64,000 bases of DNA from contig NC_058368.1 in the NCBI RefSeq assembly GCF_018350175.1, forward strand, positions 90,894,001-90,958,000. Direction: 5' to 3'. The notes under the pieces were generated by a model that saw only the letters and a list, made by a program, of their open reading frames with translations, ran no database searches and was not told where the DNA came from. Every line of letters begins with the position of its first letter. Position 1 is the stretch's first letter. The DNA comes from Felis catus. Taxonomy: Eukaryota. The position numbers and the translations under genes were made by a program. Shown here one piece after another: positions 49,641-62,351 of the stretch.

Positions 49641-50629
49641 GTGGCTTCAGTGCCCAGAACCCGAGCCCATAGCATTCCCGCAGCGGCTGGGTCGGAGCTC
49701 TCAGTGCAGCCAGTGCTGCCTCGGAGTTGAAATGCACTTCAGAGGAATTTTTATTTTCATTTTGGGAACGTCACAAGGGACTGTTCCAGCGGTTCTGTCT
49801 CTGTGAGGAGAGATCTGCGGTCACTGTGTTTTTCTTGGAGGCCTTTGGGGGAGCCCATCTGCAGAGCATTAGTGGGAGAGGGGTGTGGTAAGGGGAGGCT
49901 CCATCTAGGCCTCCAGACGGAACCTGGGCGGGGTGGCTGTTTGGTTAGGATCAGCCCCCAAGCCCCTGAAGATGGCCCCCCCTCCTCACCAAGCACTAGG
50001 GCAGCCCCAACCCACGGATCAGGCCGGACTGGGCTGGGTGGACAGACCTCGTGGTTGTCACATCTGGCAGTGAGTCCCAGGGGCCTGGGGTTTTGCTTCT
50101 CTGGCATGTGTGCCCATTGTCAAGGCCTCTGCAGCTTGGGGAGCAAATGGTCAATTGTAGGTGCAAGAGGCTTGTGGTCAGATGACCATGTTCCTTTGTT
50201 CTGGGCAATATCCCAGGAGCTGCTTACATCCTTGGCTTTCATCACCAGTAGGACAAAACAGGATCTGGATTTGTCCCAGGGACTTAGACGGGGAGGGGCT
50301 CAGGGTCTTCATGCCCAGAAGAGGCCAGCACTGTAGGACCCTCAGTTTAGGTCCTTGGTGATGAAGGCTGACCTCTTTCTTGGTGTCTCAGTGTTTCTTA
50401 GTGTCTCTTGCCTGGAACGTGTGGGTGCTCCCCAAGGGCTGTGGGTGCTCAGGGAGTTGAGGGAGCCAGGGGACTCAGCGTGGCCCTGGCTTGCTGGTCC
50501 CTGCTCTGGCCCAGCCTCAGTTTCCTTATTTGTAAAACTGGGGGCATTGGACTAAAGCCAGGCCTCATGCAGAGGCTCTCAGGCAATCTCCACTCCCCCA
50601 CCCCTTGTTGCATTTCACTCACGCGTTGT

Positions 50630-50735
50630 CTTCCAAACTGTGAGTATATGCTTGAAAGTCAAGAGGTTTCACATTAAAACCTCAATTTTCAGTTTCGCAG
50701 AAAGATCTGAAGGCTTAGAAACCCTGGGCCTGTTC
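50630..50735 (-). mobile_element. MER103-like MITE (antisense)
   Basis: aagtcaagaggtttcacattaaaacctcaattttcagtttcgcagaaagatctgaag is a reverse-complement match to the + copies. Confidence 0.5.
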
Positions 50736-50926
50736 CTGGAGACAGTTTTTAGTGGGAAGCATCATGACTCTTCTGGGTGGGGCACACAGCCCCCTTTTCC
50801 CCACTGGTTCCCATCTGGGCCACCTACTCATTCTGGCCCTACCTGCCCTGGTTGTCAACAGAGTGAGGCTCTGAGGCAAAGATGACTTCTGGTGGATAGT
50901 TACACTTGCCCAAACTCTTTCTGTTT

Positions 50927-50967
50927 CTCTCTCTCTGTTTCTCTGTCTCTGTCTCTCTCTCTCTCTG

Positions 50968-51016
<49 letters not shown>
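50927..51016. repeat. (CT)n(CA)n compound microsatellite
   Basis: Directly visible. Confidence 0.95.
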
Positions 51017-51018
<2 letters not shown>

Positions 51019-52126
51019 CATTATGCACAGACACATACATGCACATGTGTGCACATGTGCACAGAGCAGACATATCTGTGTCTTCATGGAATGAACTGTG
51101 GAGTTTCCCTGGACTGGATGCATCCTGGACATGTCCTGCTACCCTGGGCCTTGAAGGTGGCCTTGGGCTCATAGAGCTCTGTGGGTCACCCTGACACTGT
51201 GGCCCTTCTCAGTGGATTCCAGGACCCTTGCCTTTGTGGTTCAAGAGAAGGATCACAAGGCCACACAATCTGCAACCTGGGGGCTTGCTCTGGACCAAGG
51301 TGGCCTCTGGGCTTTCTACCTGGGTGAAAGGCACCTATGTTCCCACCTGAGCTCACCTCCTGCCTCTTGAAAGGAGGTGGGGTGGGCTCCAGTTTCACCA
51401 TCTTAGGAGATGGTCCTACCTCAGGGCTTTGCTGAGCCAGGGTCTAACTGGATTTCAGAAGAGGGAGCAGAAGTGAGGGAATCCTGAGGCTGAACGGTAG
51501 AAGGGCCTGGCTTTACCAGTGGAGGGACACAGGGAAGATGCAGGATAAGATTGGTCTAAATCCAATCTGCCCTCAGTGCAGAGGCCACACATTGGCTGCC
51601 TCAGCCCTATCCAGTCTCCCCAGCCTCAGAACCACACCCAAACTCCCCCTGGAGGAACAAGTGGATATGGTCTTGGTCAGACACCCCCAGGCCCCAAATC
51701 CAGGCCCAATTCTGAGCCATTGAGCAGAGCCCTCTTCCCTCCTCAGGTTCTTGTGGTGGCCTGTCTGGTCTCCCTGAGTTACTGTGGGTTCTAAATTCGG
51801 CGGGGGGGGGGGGGGGGGGGGTTGCTGCAGGCCTGGCAGAGGCTGGGTACACACCAGCTCAATTCAAGTTTGAATCTCCCCCTCTCCTGATGGGCTCCTT
51901 CTCTTGCCCTACTTCCGTGCCTGGCCTTGGCATTGCTGGTCCCTGAAGGAAGTTGTCCTGTACTGTTATCTTTAGCTCCCCCTCACCCTGTAGAGCTGAT
52001 CTGAGGACAAGCCTGACTAATTCTACCTTGAAATGCCTAGAAATGATACTGCCACCACCCCCATCCCTGACTTAGTTGTCTGACTCAGTTGCTGTGGATG
52101 CAAGGATTCACTTTCCAATGTTAGAA

Positions 52127-52872
52127 TCCATTCATTCACTCATTCACTCATTCATTCATTCATTTTTCATCATTCATCCACTCACGCATCCATTCATTCA
52201 TTCATCTACCCATCCATCATCCATCTGTCTGTTAGTCCATGCATGCATCCATTCATCCATCCATTTCATTCATCCATTTATTCACTTGTCTACTCATTCA
52301 TCCATCAATCCATCTGTCCATTAATCCCTCCATCCCTCCCTCCATCCCTCCATCCATCCCTCCATCCGTCCATCCATCCATCCATTTCACTCATCCATTT
52401 ATCCACTCATCTACCCATCCATCCATCCCTCCCTCCCTCCCTCCCTCCCTCCTTCCCTCCATCCCTCCATCCATCCATCCATGCATCCATCCATCCATTT
52501 CACTCATCCATTTATTCATTCATCTATCCATCCATCCATTCATCTGTCCATTCATCCCTTCATCCCTTCATCCATCCATCCATCCATCCATCCCTCCATC
52601 CCTCCCTCCATCCCTCCATCCATCCATCCATCCATCCATCCATCCATCCATTTCACTCATCCATTTGTCCACTCATCTACCCATCCATCCCTCCATCCCT
52701 CCCTCCCTCCCTCCATCCATCCATCCATGCATCCGTCCATCCATTTCACTCATCCATTTATTCATTCATCTATCCATCCATCCATCTGTCCATTCATCCC
52801 TTTATCCATCCATCCATCCATCCATCCATCCCTCCCTCCCTCCTTCCCTCTATCTATCCATTCATCCATCCA
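52127..52872. repeat. (CCAT/CCCT)n satellite-like simple repeat with higher-order structure, at an L2 tail
   Basis: About 750 bp of CATT grading into CCAT/CCCT units. Confidence 0.95.
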
Positions 52873-53060
52873 ACAATTGTTGCAAGTGCCCTGTTGTCAG
52901 CCCTATGCTGGGTGTTGAGCATGTACAGTTTGATCTGTGCCCCTGAGGAGTCTCTGTTATGGGGAGAGGCAGATAAGAAGATGAAACATGACAAGTGCCA
53001 CTAATATGCTGTTGCCTTGGTCGGGTGAGCTCCAGGGAGCTTGTCAGAGTAAGACTGCTC
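52873..53060 (-). mobile_element. LINE-2 3' fragment
   Basis: caacaattgttgcaagtgccctgttgtcagccctatgctgggtgttgag...tgccctgaggag follows the (CAT)-type tail. Confidence 0.6.
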
Positions 53061-54024
53061 TAGCCTGGCGTCAAGGCCCAGTAGTGGCTCTGGGACTCCA
53101 GGGAAGATGGCAGGGCACCTGGAAAAATTCAGGCTCCTCCTTCTGCCTCTCTGTGCATGTTTTCCTCAACAGAAAAGCAGAGATGAGGGGTTTCCACCTG
53201 GTTGGGTTCTGGGATAGGATCAGAGCCCATCAAACCTGTGAAGAGACCTACATCGGCCTGATATGTGCTAAATAAAGACGTGTTGTCCTGAGTGGATGGG
53301 GCAATCCCGCCTCGGGTCTCCCCATGACCTCTCCCATCCTAGCACCTTGTCTGCTGTCCCTCCCTCCCAGGGGCCACAGCCTCCAGGCATTGCACCTGTC
53401 CTTCACTCTCCTGATCGCTGCTGGGTTCACATGATGTGGAAAAGCAAGGCTTCCTCAGAGAATTCTCAAAGCTTGTGCACCGGTCCACCTTTACTCCTTC
53501 CCAGGAGCTGCTGCTCACACCACATTTCTTTAGCAGATGTTTGCCGGACTGCTGTCCTGTGTCCATCACAGGTGAACAGACCAGCAGTTCCCTGAGAAGT
53601 CAGGGCCCTCAGCAGTACACGGCCTGCACTGCTCTCCCTCGCAGCCCCAGTGGGTGGAAGGGCCCTGGGTGGAGGGACATGGGCTTCTCTCTACATCTCC
53701 ACCATCTCGTTGCCTCCTCAGCCTGGAGCCTGGGGTTTGGGATCCTTTATCATTGTGCCCTGTTGTCTTTCTTTTAGCTAAAATATATCTCTTTGCATTC
53801 TTGGCTTTATTACAAGTTGATGTAAGACAGCCAGGCAGAGAGTGTCTGCTGGGGAGAGTATGCGCAGCCTGGTGGCTTAGAGAGTATTCTTAATTTGCAG
53901 CCCCCAGCTGGCTTCACTCATTTCTGTCTCCCCTGGGTTCCTATAAGCATGTGAGTTATTGTCCCTGGCCTTTTATTATTTTTTTGATGGTAATTCATAT
54001 AACATAAGATTCACTGTTTTAATC

Positions 54025-54460
54025 TTTTTTAAAAAAATGTTTATTTTTGAAGGGCACCTGGGTGGCTCAGTTGGTTAAGCATCTGACTGTTAAGCATCTG
54101 GCTTCGGCTTAGGTCATGAACTCATGGTTCATGGGTTTGAGCCCCGAGTTGGGCTCTGTGCTGACAGCATGTAGCCTGGAGTCTGCTTCAGATGCTGTGT
54201 CTCCCCCCCACCCTTGCCCCTCTCTTGCGTGTGCGCTCTCTCTCTCTCAAAAATAAATAAACATTAAGAAAATATAATATTTCTATTTTGACAGAGAGCA
54301 CATGCAAGTGGGGGAAGGGCAGAGAGAGGGGATCAGAGGATCTGAAATGGGGTTTGTGCTGACAACAACAAGCCTGACGTGGGGCTTGAACTCACAACCA
54401 CGAGATCGTGATCTTAGCCAAAGTCGGACACTCAACCGACTGAGCCACCCAGGTGCCCCC
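54025..54460 (-). mobile_element. Can-SINE (outer, antisense), split by an oppositely oriented SINE
   Basis: Tail at 54025-54050, body resumes ~54292 to gagccacccaggtgcccc; TSD-like ttttaatctttt / ttttaacctttt. Confidence 0.88.
54052..54275 (+). mobile_element. Can-SINE (inner, sense) with an internal 15-bp tandem duplication
   Basis: gggcacctgggtggctcag head; gttaagcatctgact gttaagcatctggct at 54074-54103. Confidence 0.92.
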
Positions 54461-54751
54461 ATTTTAACCTTTTTAAAACATATAACCCAGTGGTTTCTAT
54501 AATATTTACAATGTTGTAAAACCATCAGCACCATTAATTCCAGAACAATTTCATGCCACAGAACAGAAACCCTGTCTGTACTCACTATATCAGTCACTGC
54601 CCATTCACCCTCCCCTCAGCCCCTGACAACCACTAATCACTTCCGTCCCTGTGGATCTGCCTGTTTTGGACACTTCATGTAAATGGAGTCATGCCACCTG
54701 TGGCCTTCTGGGTCTGGCTTTACCCCCTGGTCTTTTAAACTAAATTGTCTT

Positions 54752-55006
54752 GGAGTGCCTGGGTGGCTCAGTCGGTTAAGCGTCTGACTTCGGCTCAGGT
54801 CATGACATCGCATGGCAGCCCCACGTGGGGCTCTGTGCTGTCAGCATGAAGCCCACTTCAGATCCCTCTGTCCTTCTCTCTCTGCCCCTCCCTTGTTCGT
54901 GAGTGAGCGTGTGCTCTTTCTCTCTCTCTCAAAAAACAAATAAACTTAAAAATAAAAAAAATTAAAAAAATAAAATAAAATAAAATAAAATAAAATAAAA
55001 TAAAAT
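54752..55006 (+). mobile_element. Can-SINE with (TAAAA)n tail
   Basis: ggagtgcctgggtggctcagtcggttaagcg head. Confidence 0.93.
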
Positions 55007-55732
55007 ATGCTGTCTTGCTGTCATGCGGGCCCATGGTTTACCTATGTGGCTGTGTTGACTGGTTCTCTCCTTCCATGTTGGCTGGCATAACATCTCATTG
55101 GGTCTCTGAGTCTCTTCCCTGTGCCCCAGCTCTGCAGGGCCATTCTGCATCTTCCAGAGCCTATGTGCTGCACACCTGTGCCATTGACCACACTTCAGAC
55201 CTCTGAGCAGGGGCAGCGGCCCAGCCTCCTGGCTCCTTCTTCTGACTTGTCTATGACTGTGGCCACTTCTCCATTGGCTCAGGTCCCCTACAGAAACAGG
55301 GAAAAGGAGCTTTATTCATTTTTTCAGAAAACACTTAGTTTAAGGTCCTGTCATGTATGATTTCTAGGCCAGTCCCTCAGAAGGGCTTTAGGGTGTACAG
55401 TCCCAGTGTGTGTGGGAACAGAATGTTCCTGGAGACATGAACATAAAACACAACCACTACTGTCAAACGCTACATTCTATGACTACTACAAGTCTGCAAA
55501 GTCACACTGAGTGGCAGAAAGAGGGCCCTCTGGGGTTGGCTGAATTCAGGGGCGCCTGTGTCTCATCAGCCCACTGCAAGCACCAAGTAAAGAGATGGGC
55601 CTGGGACCATGTCATAACAGTGGCTGCATCTCACATGCCTAGAATAGGCAGCAGTGTGCATTTGTGAAGCCCAGGGGCATGACACAATAGGGAGCAGTGG
55701 GGACTGCGCTAAAAAAAAAAAATCTAGCACAC

Positions 55733-56245
55733 AAAAATAGAACTATCCTATGATCCAGTAATCACACTACAAAATACAGAATACAAAAATACAAAAACCC
55801 TAATTCAGAGGGACACATGTACTCCTATTTATTGCAGCATTGTTTACAATATCCAAGATATGGAGGCAGCTCAAGTGTCCACTGATTGATGAATGGATAA
55901 AGAAGAGGTGGTATATATGTACACAATGGAATATTATTTAACCACAAAAAATGAAATCTCGCCATCTGCAATGATATGGATGGAGCTAGAGAGTATTATG
56001 CTAAATGAAATAAGTCAGTCAGAGAAAGACAAATACCATATGATTTCACTCCCATGTGGAATTTAAGAAACAGAACAAATGATCAAAGGGAAAAAAAAAG
56101 AAAGAGACAAACCAAGAAACAGACTCTTAACTCTAGAGAACAAATAGATGGTTACCAGAGGGGGTGTGGGTGGGGGCGATGGGCAAAATAGGTGATGGGG
56201 GTTAAGGAACGCACTTGTCATGATGTAAAATAAAATAATAAAAAA
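55733..56245 (+). mobile_element. Carnivore L1 3' fragment (L1_Carn-like)
   Basis: aagtgtccactgattgatgaatggataaagaag...aaccaagaaacagactcttaact...gggcaaaataggtgatggggg, A-rich tail. Confidence 0.88.
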
Positions 56246-56674
56246 TACATACAGTTGGCCAAAAAATTCCAGCCCGAGCTTTCACTGAAGGATGGCCTTC
56301 CTCCACACTTCTGAAGGGAACTCTGTGGAGTTGACACTGAAGTGGTACTTGAGGTTTGCTCCAACATGGCATGCTAGCAAGGATATGAGTCAACTCTGGG
56401 GAAGCTCTGAACTGGGAAACGTTAGAATCTGAGAAATAACAATGCAAACCTTCACCCCAACCCCCTCCCCTGAAAGAGAAAATAACAGAATAAAACATGA
56501 GAACCCACCCTGCAAAAACTGAGCTGGTGATGATGTTCAGATTTGGAACTTGTGTGGGTGTGCATGTCTGTGTGTTCACAGGTGTGCACATGTCTGCAGG
56601 TTGCAGCTGGGGCCGGGTGGGCTGCCACAGCCATTAGAAAAGATGAGTTCAAGAAAAGGGATGTCATTTAAAAA

Positions 56675-56862
56675 TTTTTTTAATTAAATTAAATTTATTT
56701 ATTTTGAGAGAAAGAGAGAAAGAGAGAGAGAGAGAATCCCAAACAGGCTCCATGCTGTCTGTGTAGAGCCTGATGTGGGGCTCGAACCCAGGAACCGTGA
56801 GATCATGACCTGAGCCAAAATCAAGAGTCAGATACTCAACTAATTGAGCCACCAAGGTGTCC
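56675..56862 (-). mobile_element. Can-SINE
   Basis: TSD-like aaaagggatgtcattt / aaaaggatgccatttt. Confidence 0.92.
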
Positions 56863-56939
56863 AAAAGGATGCCATTTTTATGAGTTAAAAAGGAGATCAG
56901 GGAAACAAACAAACAAACAAAAAAGAAAGATAGAAGAAA

Positions 56940-57012
56940 AAAAGAAAAGGAAAGGAAAGGAAAGAAAAGAAAAGAAAAGAAAAGAAAAGAAAAGAAAAGA
57001 AAAGAAAAGAAA
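56940..57012. repeat. (GAAAA/GGAAA)n purine microsatellite
   Basis: Directly visible. Confidence 0.93.
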
Positions 57013-57034
57013 GAGCATCCGAGAGAGATTGAAA

Positions 57035-58008
57035 TAATAAAGCAAAATAGGAGAATCAAGTCCAAATATATATCAGTAATCAGAGCAAATGTGAATGGGT
57101 TGAACTCACCAGTTCAAATACAGATGTTGTCATAGTAGATAAGCCAAACCCAACCCAAATGGGAAAACCAGCTATGTTCCATCACCAGAAGTATAACTAA
57201 AGCATAAATGTAAGGAGAGGTTGATGGGAAGAGAATGGAAACAAGAAATATCAAGCAGCCAAAGGCAAGCCGTCACTGGTACATCAATCTCAGACCCAGC
57301 AGACTCAGGTGTTGTCAGGTCACCATCTAATGAGGACAGGTTCATTTCCCCAGGATGACAGAGCACTTCCAAAGATTTATTCATATGCTCAATATAGCAG
57401 CCTCCACGTATTTGATGTAAACTTTGTGAGAAATAGGGAAATTGACAAATCCATCATCATTTTGCAAAATTCCAGCCATTTTTTCCAATTAGTGTTGGAT
57501 TAAGTAGACAGAAATATCAGTAAAGACAAAGAAGTTTCTGAGTAACACAACTAATGAGCTTGATTGAAAGGATGTCTGTGTCTGATGGGTCGAGGTACCT
57601 CATTCTTCTCGAGCACATATGCAACAGTTACAAATATTGATCAGTAAGTGCAAGTCTCACAAAAATTAAAAGAATAATTGTGATGTAGGTCCTGTTCCCT
57701 CACTGTCATGCCTTTCAGCTAAAAATAGCCTCCACATTATTTGGAAATTAAAAAAATAAAACTTTGAAGCAATTTGTGGATCTGACAAGAAATAATAATG
57801 GAACTGTAAAAATACTTAAAACTGAATGATAATAAAAGCACTCAATATCAAAACTTGGATGGAGATTTATGTTTGAAAAGAAGAAGGCTGTCCACTAAAG
57901 AAAGAAATCTCCAGTTTCAGAAGATAGGGAAAAAAGCAAGTTTACCCAAAGGAAAGTAGAAGGGGAAAAAATAGTACAAATAAGATCTGAAATCAATGGA
58001 GCAGGAAA
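57035..58008 (+). mobile_element. Ancient L1 ORF2 endonuclease-region fragment
   Basis: tatcagtaatc...aaatgtgaatgggttgaactcaccagtt (ORF2 start motif) and REIDKSIII remnant. Confidence 0.75.
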
Positions 58009-58014
58009 CCTCTC

Positions 58015-58195
58015 AGTTCTGATGATTGTTGCTCTTATGAGGATGCCAGCTCAGTGTTGCCAGATCTTTTGGTTTTTCGAGAGAAGTCAAAAATTTGTAA
58101 TTTTGCAAGAAATTTCTGTGCTGAGAAAATGTGGGCCATACGAAACATGTCTGTAGGTAGAATTGGGCCTGGGCCCCTCTTTTACAGGCCCTGCC
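58015..58195 (+). mobile_element. MER103-like MITE
   Basis: cagtgttgccagatcttttggtttttcgagagaagtcaaaaatttg...tgtgggccatacgaaacatgtctgtagg. Confidence 0.65.
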
Positions 58196-60267
58196 TTCTC
58201 TTAAACAGCACTGGGAAGGGCTGTTCACCTGGGATTTAACCAGGGGGTGGGGGGCGGGACGGGGCGGGGTGACTGGGGGCTGGCAAAGTGACTCAGTGAG
58301 AAGGGGTCTGGGCAAGAACTGAGCTTCAGTCCTGGGCCCTGCTCCTAGGACCCAGGCCACCTCTGCACACAGTATGTGTCCCTGGGCTAGCTTCTTCTCT
58401 ATGAGCATTTGTGTTCCTGCTTATGTGTGGACAGATGTTTCCAATACTCTTGGCTACAAACCTAAGAGAATTGCTGAATCATATACTAAGTCTGTATTTC
58501 ACCTTTTGGGGTAGTGCCAGACTGTTTTTGCAAAGTGTCTTGAACATGATGCACCGCCCCTGCTCCCCACCCCCACCAACCTGCAACCACCCGGGAGGGT
58601 CAGGGCTGGTTATCATCCACAAAACTGTCCTAGATCCATGTATGTATTGTGGTCAGCTCACTGTGAGTTCTCAAACTGCATCCCCAGGGCTCCTGTGCAG
58701 AGCCGAGAAGGCCTGCTCCTTGTTCCCCGTCAGCAGAGACCAGCCTGTCTCCCTGTCTCCTGGTTTCTTTCCCATCTGAGGACTGGATGTTCTCGACCCT
58801 GGCCTGTATATTTTCTCCAGAAATTGGGGAGGCGGTGGAGGGGATTTGAGCTCTGCTTCTTTTGGCTGGAGAATAATTTCCACATTGGTTCTGTGCTGGA
58901 GTGGATCCCTCACTGGCAGAAATATAATTCCCAAGGCTTTTGGGGGGGCAAGAAGCTCAGAGCTTCCCTGGCTGGCAAGCCTTTTCAAGCTTTGCTTCCT
59001 GGATCACATGGATGTCATTTTTACATATGCTATCTCTCAAGGGCGTGGAGGGATGGGAAGAACCCCATTTGTGGGTAGGAAATGGAAGGTTCAGAGATGG
59101 CACAGTGAGAAACTGGAGGATCTGGGACTTGAACCCATGCCTGTCCGATGCAGAATGTGGGCTTTTTCTGCTACGCTAGCCTCAGGTGCTTCCTGAGCCC
59201 CTGTGAGGAATGAACAAGGGGTCAAGTGGATAAGGTCTTTGCTTTTCCCCTTAGGGAACCCTGGACACCTCCGGGTCTCACCTGTCCAGTCATCTAGGGC
59301 CCTGCTGGCAGAAGCCACCTGTGAGGGCAGAATGCTGGTGCCCTGGGGGCTGGCTGTGCAGCTGTCCAGATATGAGCAGGGGCTGTCTGTGTGAGGGGGT
59401 TAGTGTGGTAAGGATGCATGCACTTGTCTCTCACCAGGAGTTCTCACCCTCCTTCCTGGTGAGAACACAGCTAACCTGGTGGCTTTCCAGGGCCTTGCAC
59501 TATGTGACACTGGACAGCCACAAGGCAGGACCGAGAGGCCCTGTTAGCTCGTGCTTAAAGTGTGAATGGTCATGTGGATCACCACCAAATGTCACCCTGG
59601 GGCATGACTGGGAATGTCTCTGAAAAGTCAGAGGTCAAGGGGCAGGTCATTATTTTATTTTTTCTTTATAATAGCTTTATTGAGATATAATTCATGTGCT
59701 GTAATTCTCCCAAAGTGCACAGTTCTCTGGATTTTTAAAGCACAGTCCCAGGGTTGTGCAACCATCACCACAACCAACTTCTGAACATTTTTATCACCCC
59801 AAAAAGAAATTTCCTACTCATTAGCATTCATTTCCATTTTCCCTCAAGAAGCCTTCTGCTTCCTTTCTAGTTGAGATGCCTTTTATTTCTTTTTCTTGTC
59901 TAATTACTCTGGCTGGAACTTCCAGTACTGTGTTGAATAGCAGTGGCAGAAACAGGCACCCTTCCTTGTCTTGTTCCTAATCTTGGAGGAAAAGCTCTCA
60001 GTCTTTCACTGTTGATTATGATGTCAGCTGTGGGCTTGTCATAAATGCCCTTGATGTTGAGGAAGTTCCTTGCCTACTCCTGGCTTACTGAGTGTTTTTA
60101 TCATAAAGGGTGTTGGCTATTGCCAAGTGTTTTTTGTGCATCACTAGAGACGATCATGTAGTTTATTTTCCTCCATTCTGTTAATATGTATTATATTGAT
60201 TAATTTATCATATGTTAAACCACCTTTGCATTCTGGAATAAATCTCACTTGGTCATGTGTAGAATTC

Positions 60268-60475
60268 TTTTTTTTACTTTTAAATGTTTATTTATTTACT
60301 TTGAGAGAGGGAGTGAGTGAGTAGGGGAGGGGCAGAGAAAGAGAGAATCCCAAGTGGGCTCTGCACTGTCAGCACAGAGCCCAGCGCAGGGCTTAATCTC
60401 ATGAACTGTGAGAAATCTTGACCTGAGTTGAAATCAGGAATCAGACACTTAATTGACTGAACAACCCACATGCCC
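60268..60475 (-). mobile_element. Can-SINE
   Basis: TSD tagaattcttt / tagaaatcttt. Confidence 0.9.
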
Positions 60476-61905
60476 TAGAAATCTTTAAATATGCTGCTGA
60501 ATTCAGTTCACTAGTATACTGTTGAGGATTTTTGCATCTACCTTTGTAAGGAATATTGGTCTGTAGTTTTCTTATGATGTCTGTGTCTGGTTTTCATATT
60601 AGGGTAATGCTGGACTCATAAAATAAGCTAGGAAGTGTTCACTACTCTTCTGTTTTATTGGAGGAATTTGAGAAAGATTGGTGTTAATTCTCTAAATGTT
60701 TGGTAGAATTCACTAGTGAAGCTGTCTGTTGGTCCTGGGATTTTCTTTGTTGGTGGTTTTTGAATATTGATTTAGCCTCTTTGCCTGTTGTAAGTCTGTT
60801 CAAATTTTCTATGAGTTCTTGAGCCAGTTTTGGAAATTTGTGTGTTTCCAGGAACTTTTTCATTTCATCTAGTTTATCTAACTTATTAGTATAAAATTGT
60901 TCATAGTATTCTCTCATAATCCTTTTTAAAAATTTCTGTAGGGTCAGTAGTAATGTCCCCACGTCTCCCTCCCCTCAATTTTAGTAATTTGAGCCTTCTT
61001 TCTTTATCTTGGTCAGTCTGGCTAAATGTTTGTTAATATTGTTGGCCTTCACAAAGAACTAACCTCTGGTGTCATTGATTCTTCTATTGTTTTTCTATTT
61101 TATCTCTGTTCTAATTTTATTATTTCCTTTCTTCTACTAGTGTTTGGTTTAGTTTTCTCTTCTTCTCTTTCCTTAAGGTGTAATTAGATTATTGGTTTGA
61201 GATCTTTTTTTAACGTAGGGTTTTACAACTATAAATTTCTCTTCTAGTACTGCTTTTGCTGCATCCCTTGAGTTTTAGGTATTTCATGTTTTAGTTTTCA
61301 TTTCTTTCAAGACATTTTCTAATTCCCCTTGTAATTTCTTCTTTTATCCATTTGTTAAGAATATATTGTTTAATTTTCATATACTTATGAATTTTTCAGT
61401 TTGTCTTCTGTTGTTTCTAGTTTTATCCCATTATGTTTGGAGAAGATACTTCATTTGATTTCAGTTTTCCAAACTTTTTTGAGATGTATTTTGTGGCCTA
61501 TCATATGGCCTCCTGGAGAATGTCCCATTGTACGGGACAGGAATGTATATTCTGCTGTTTTTGTCTGGGGTGTTCTGTGTTTGTTAGGTCTAGTTGGGTT
61601 ATAGTGTTGTTCAAATCCTCTATTTCCTTACTGATTTTCAGCCTGGTTTTTCTATTTATTATTGAAGGTGAAGTATTGGTTTCTATCTTTATTGTAAAAC
61701 TATCTATTTCTCCCTTCAATTCTGTCAGGTTTTGTTTCCTGTATTTTGGGGCTTTTTTGTTAGATGCATATATATTTATAATTATTATACTTTCTTGATG
61801 GTCTGGACTTTTCATCAATATACAGTGTTCCTCTTTGTTATTTTACCGAAGGTCCATTTTGTCTGATATTAGGATAGCCACCCCAGACCTCTTTTGCTTA
61901 CTATT

Positions 61906-62047
61906 AAATTTTTTTCTTTGATAAATTCAACATGTTACAATTTGTAGATTTAAGGTGTATAGTGTGTTACTTTGATATATTTATATATGGTAATATGATT
62001 ACCACTGAAGCAATATTTATCACATTACATAATTATAGTCCATATTA
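61906..62047 (-). mobile_element. Short L1 3'-end insertion inside the older L1
   Basis: tttgtagatttaaggtgtatagtgtg...; TSD ttttgcttactatt (61892-61905) / ttttgcttactgtt (62048-62061). Confidence 0.75.
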
Positions 62048-62132
62048 TTTTGCTTACTGTTTGCATGGAATTTATTTTTTCATACTTTCACTTTCAACCT
62101 ATTTGTGTTTTGAGATCTAAATTGGGACTCTT

Positions 62133-62351
62133 GGGGCTCCTGAGTGTCTCAGTCGGTTGAGCGCCCGACTTCGGCTCAGGTCATGATCTCACAGTTTGTG
62201 AGTTCGAGCCCTGTGTCGGGGTCTGTGCTGTCAGCTCAGAGCCTGGAGCCTGCTTCAGATTCTGTGTCTCCTTCTCTCTCTGCCCCATCCCCACTTGTGC
62301 TCTGTCTCTCTCTGTCTCTCAAAAATAAATAAATGTAAAAAATAAAAATTT
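62133..62351 (+). mobile_element. Can-SINE (SINEC_Fc-like)
   Basis: TSD taaattgggactctt (62118-62132) / taaattgggaatctt (62352-62366). Confidence 0.95.

Larger units (their letters stand above)
53973..54722 (-). mobile_element. L1MB-type 3' end, interrupted by nested SINEs
   Basis: taattcatataacataagattcac...ccctcccctcagcccctgacaaccactaatc...atgtaaatggagtcat. Confidence 0.85.

Noticed and set aside
52127..52872. CRISPR-like repeat-spacer appearance
   Set aside because: The 'spacers' are simple repeat rather than unique sequence, the context is eukaryotic, and there are no cas genes.
52239..53004. His/Pro/Ser/Ile-rich ORFs of 145-253 aa
   Set aside because: Artefact of translating the (CCAT)n repeat.
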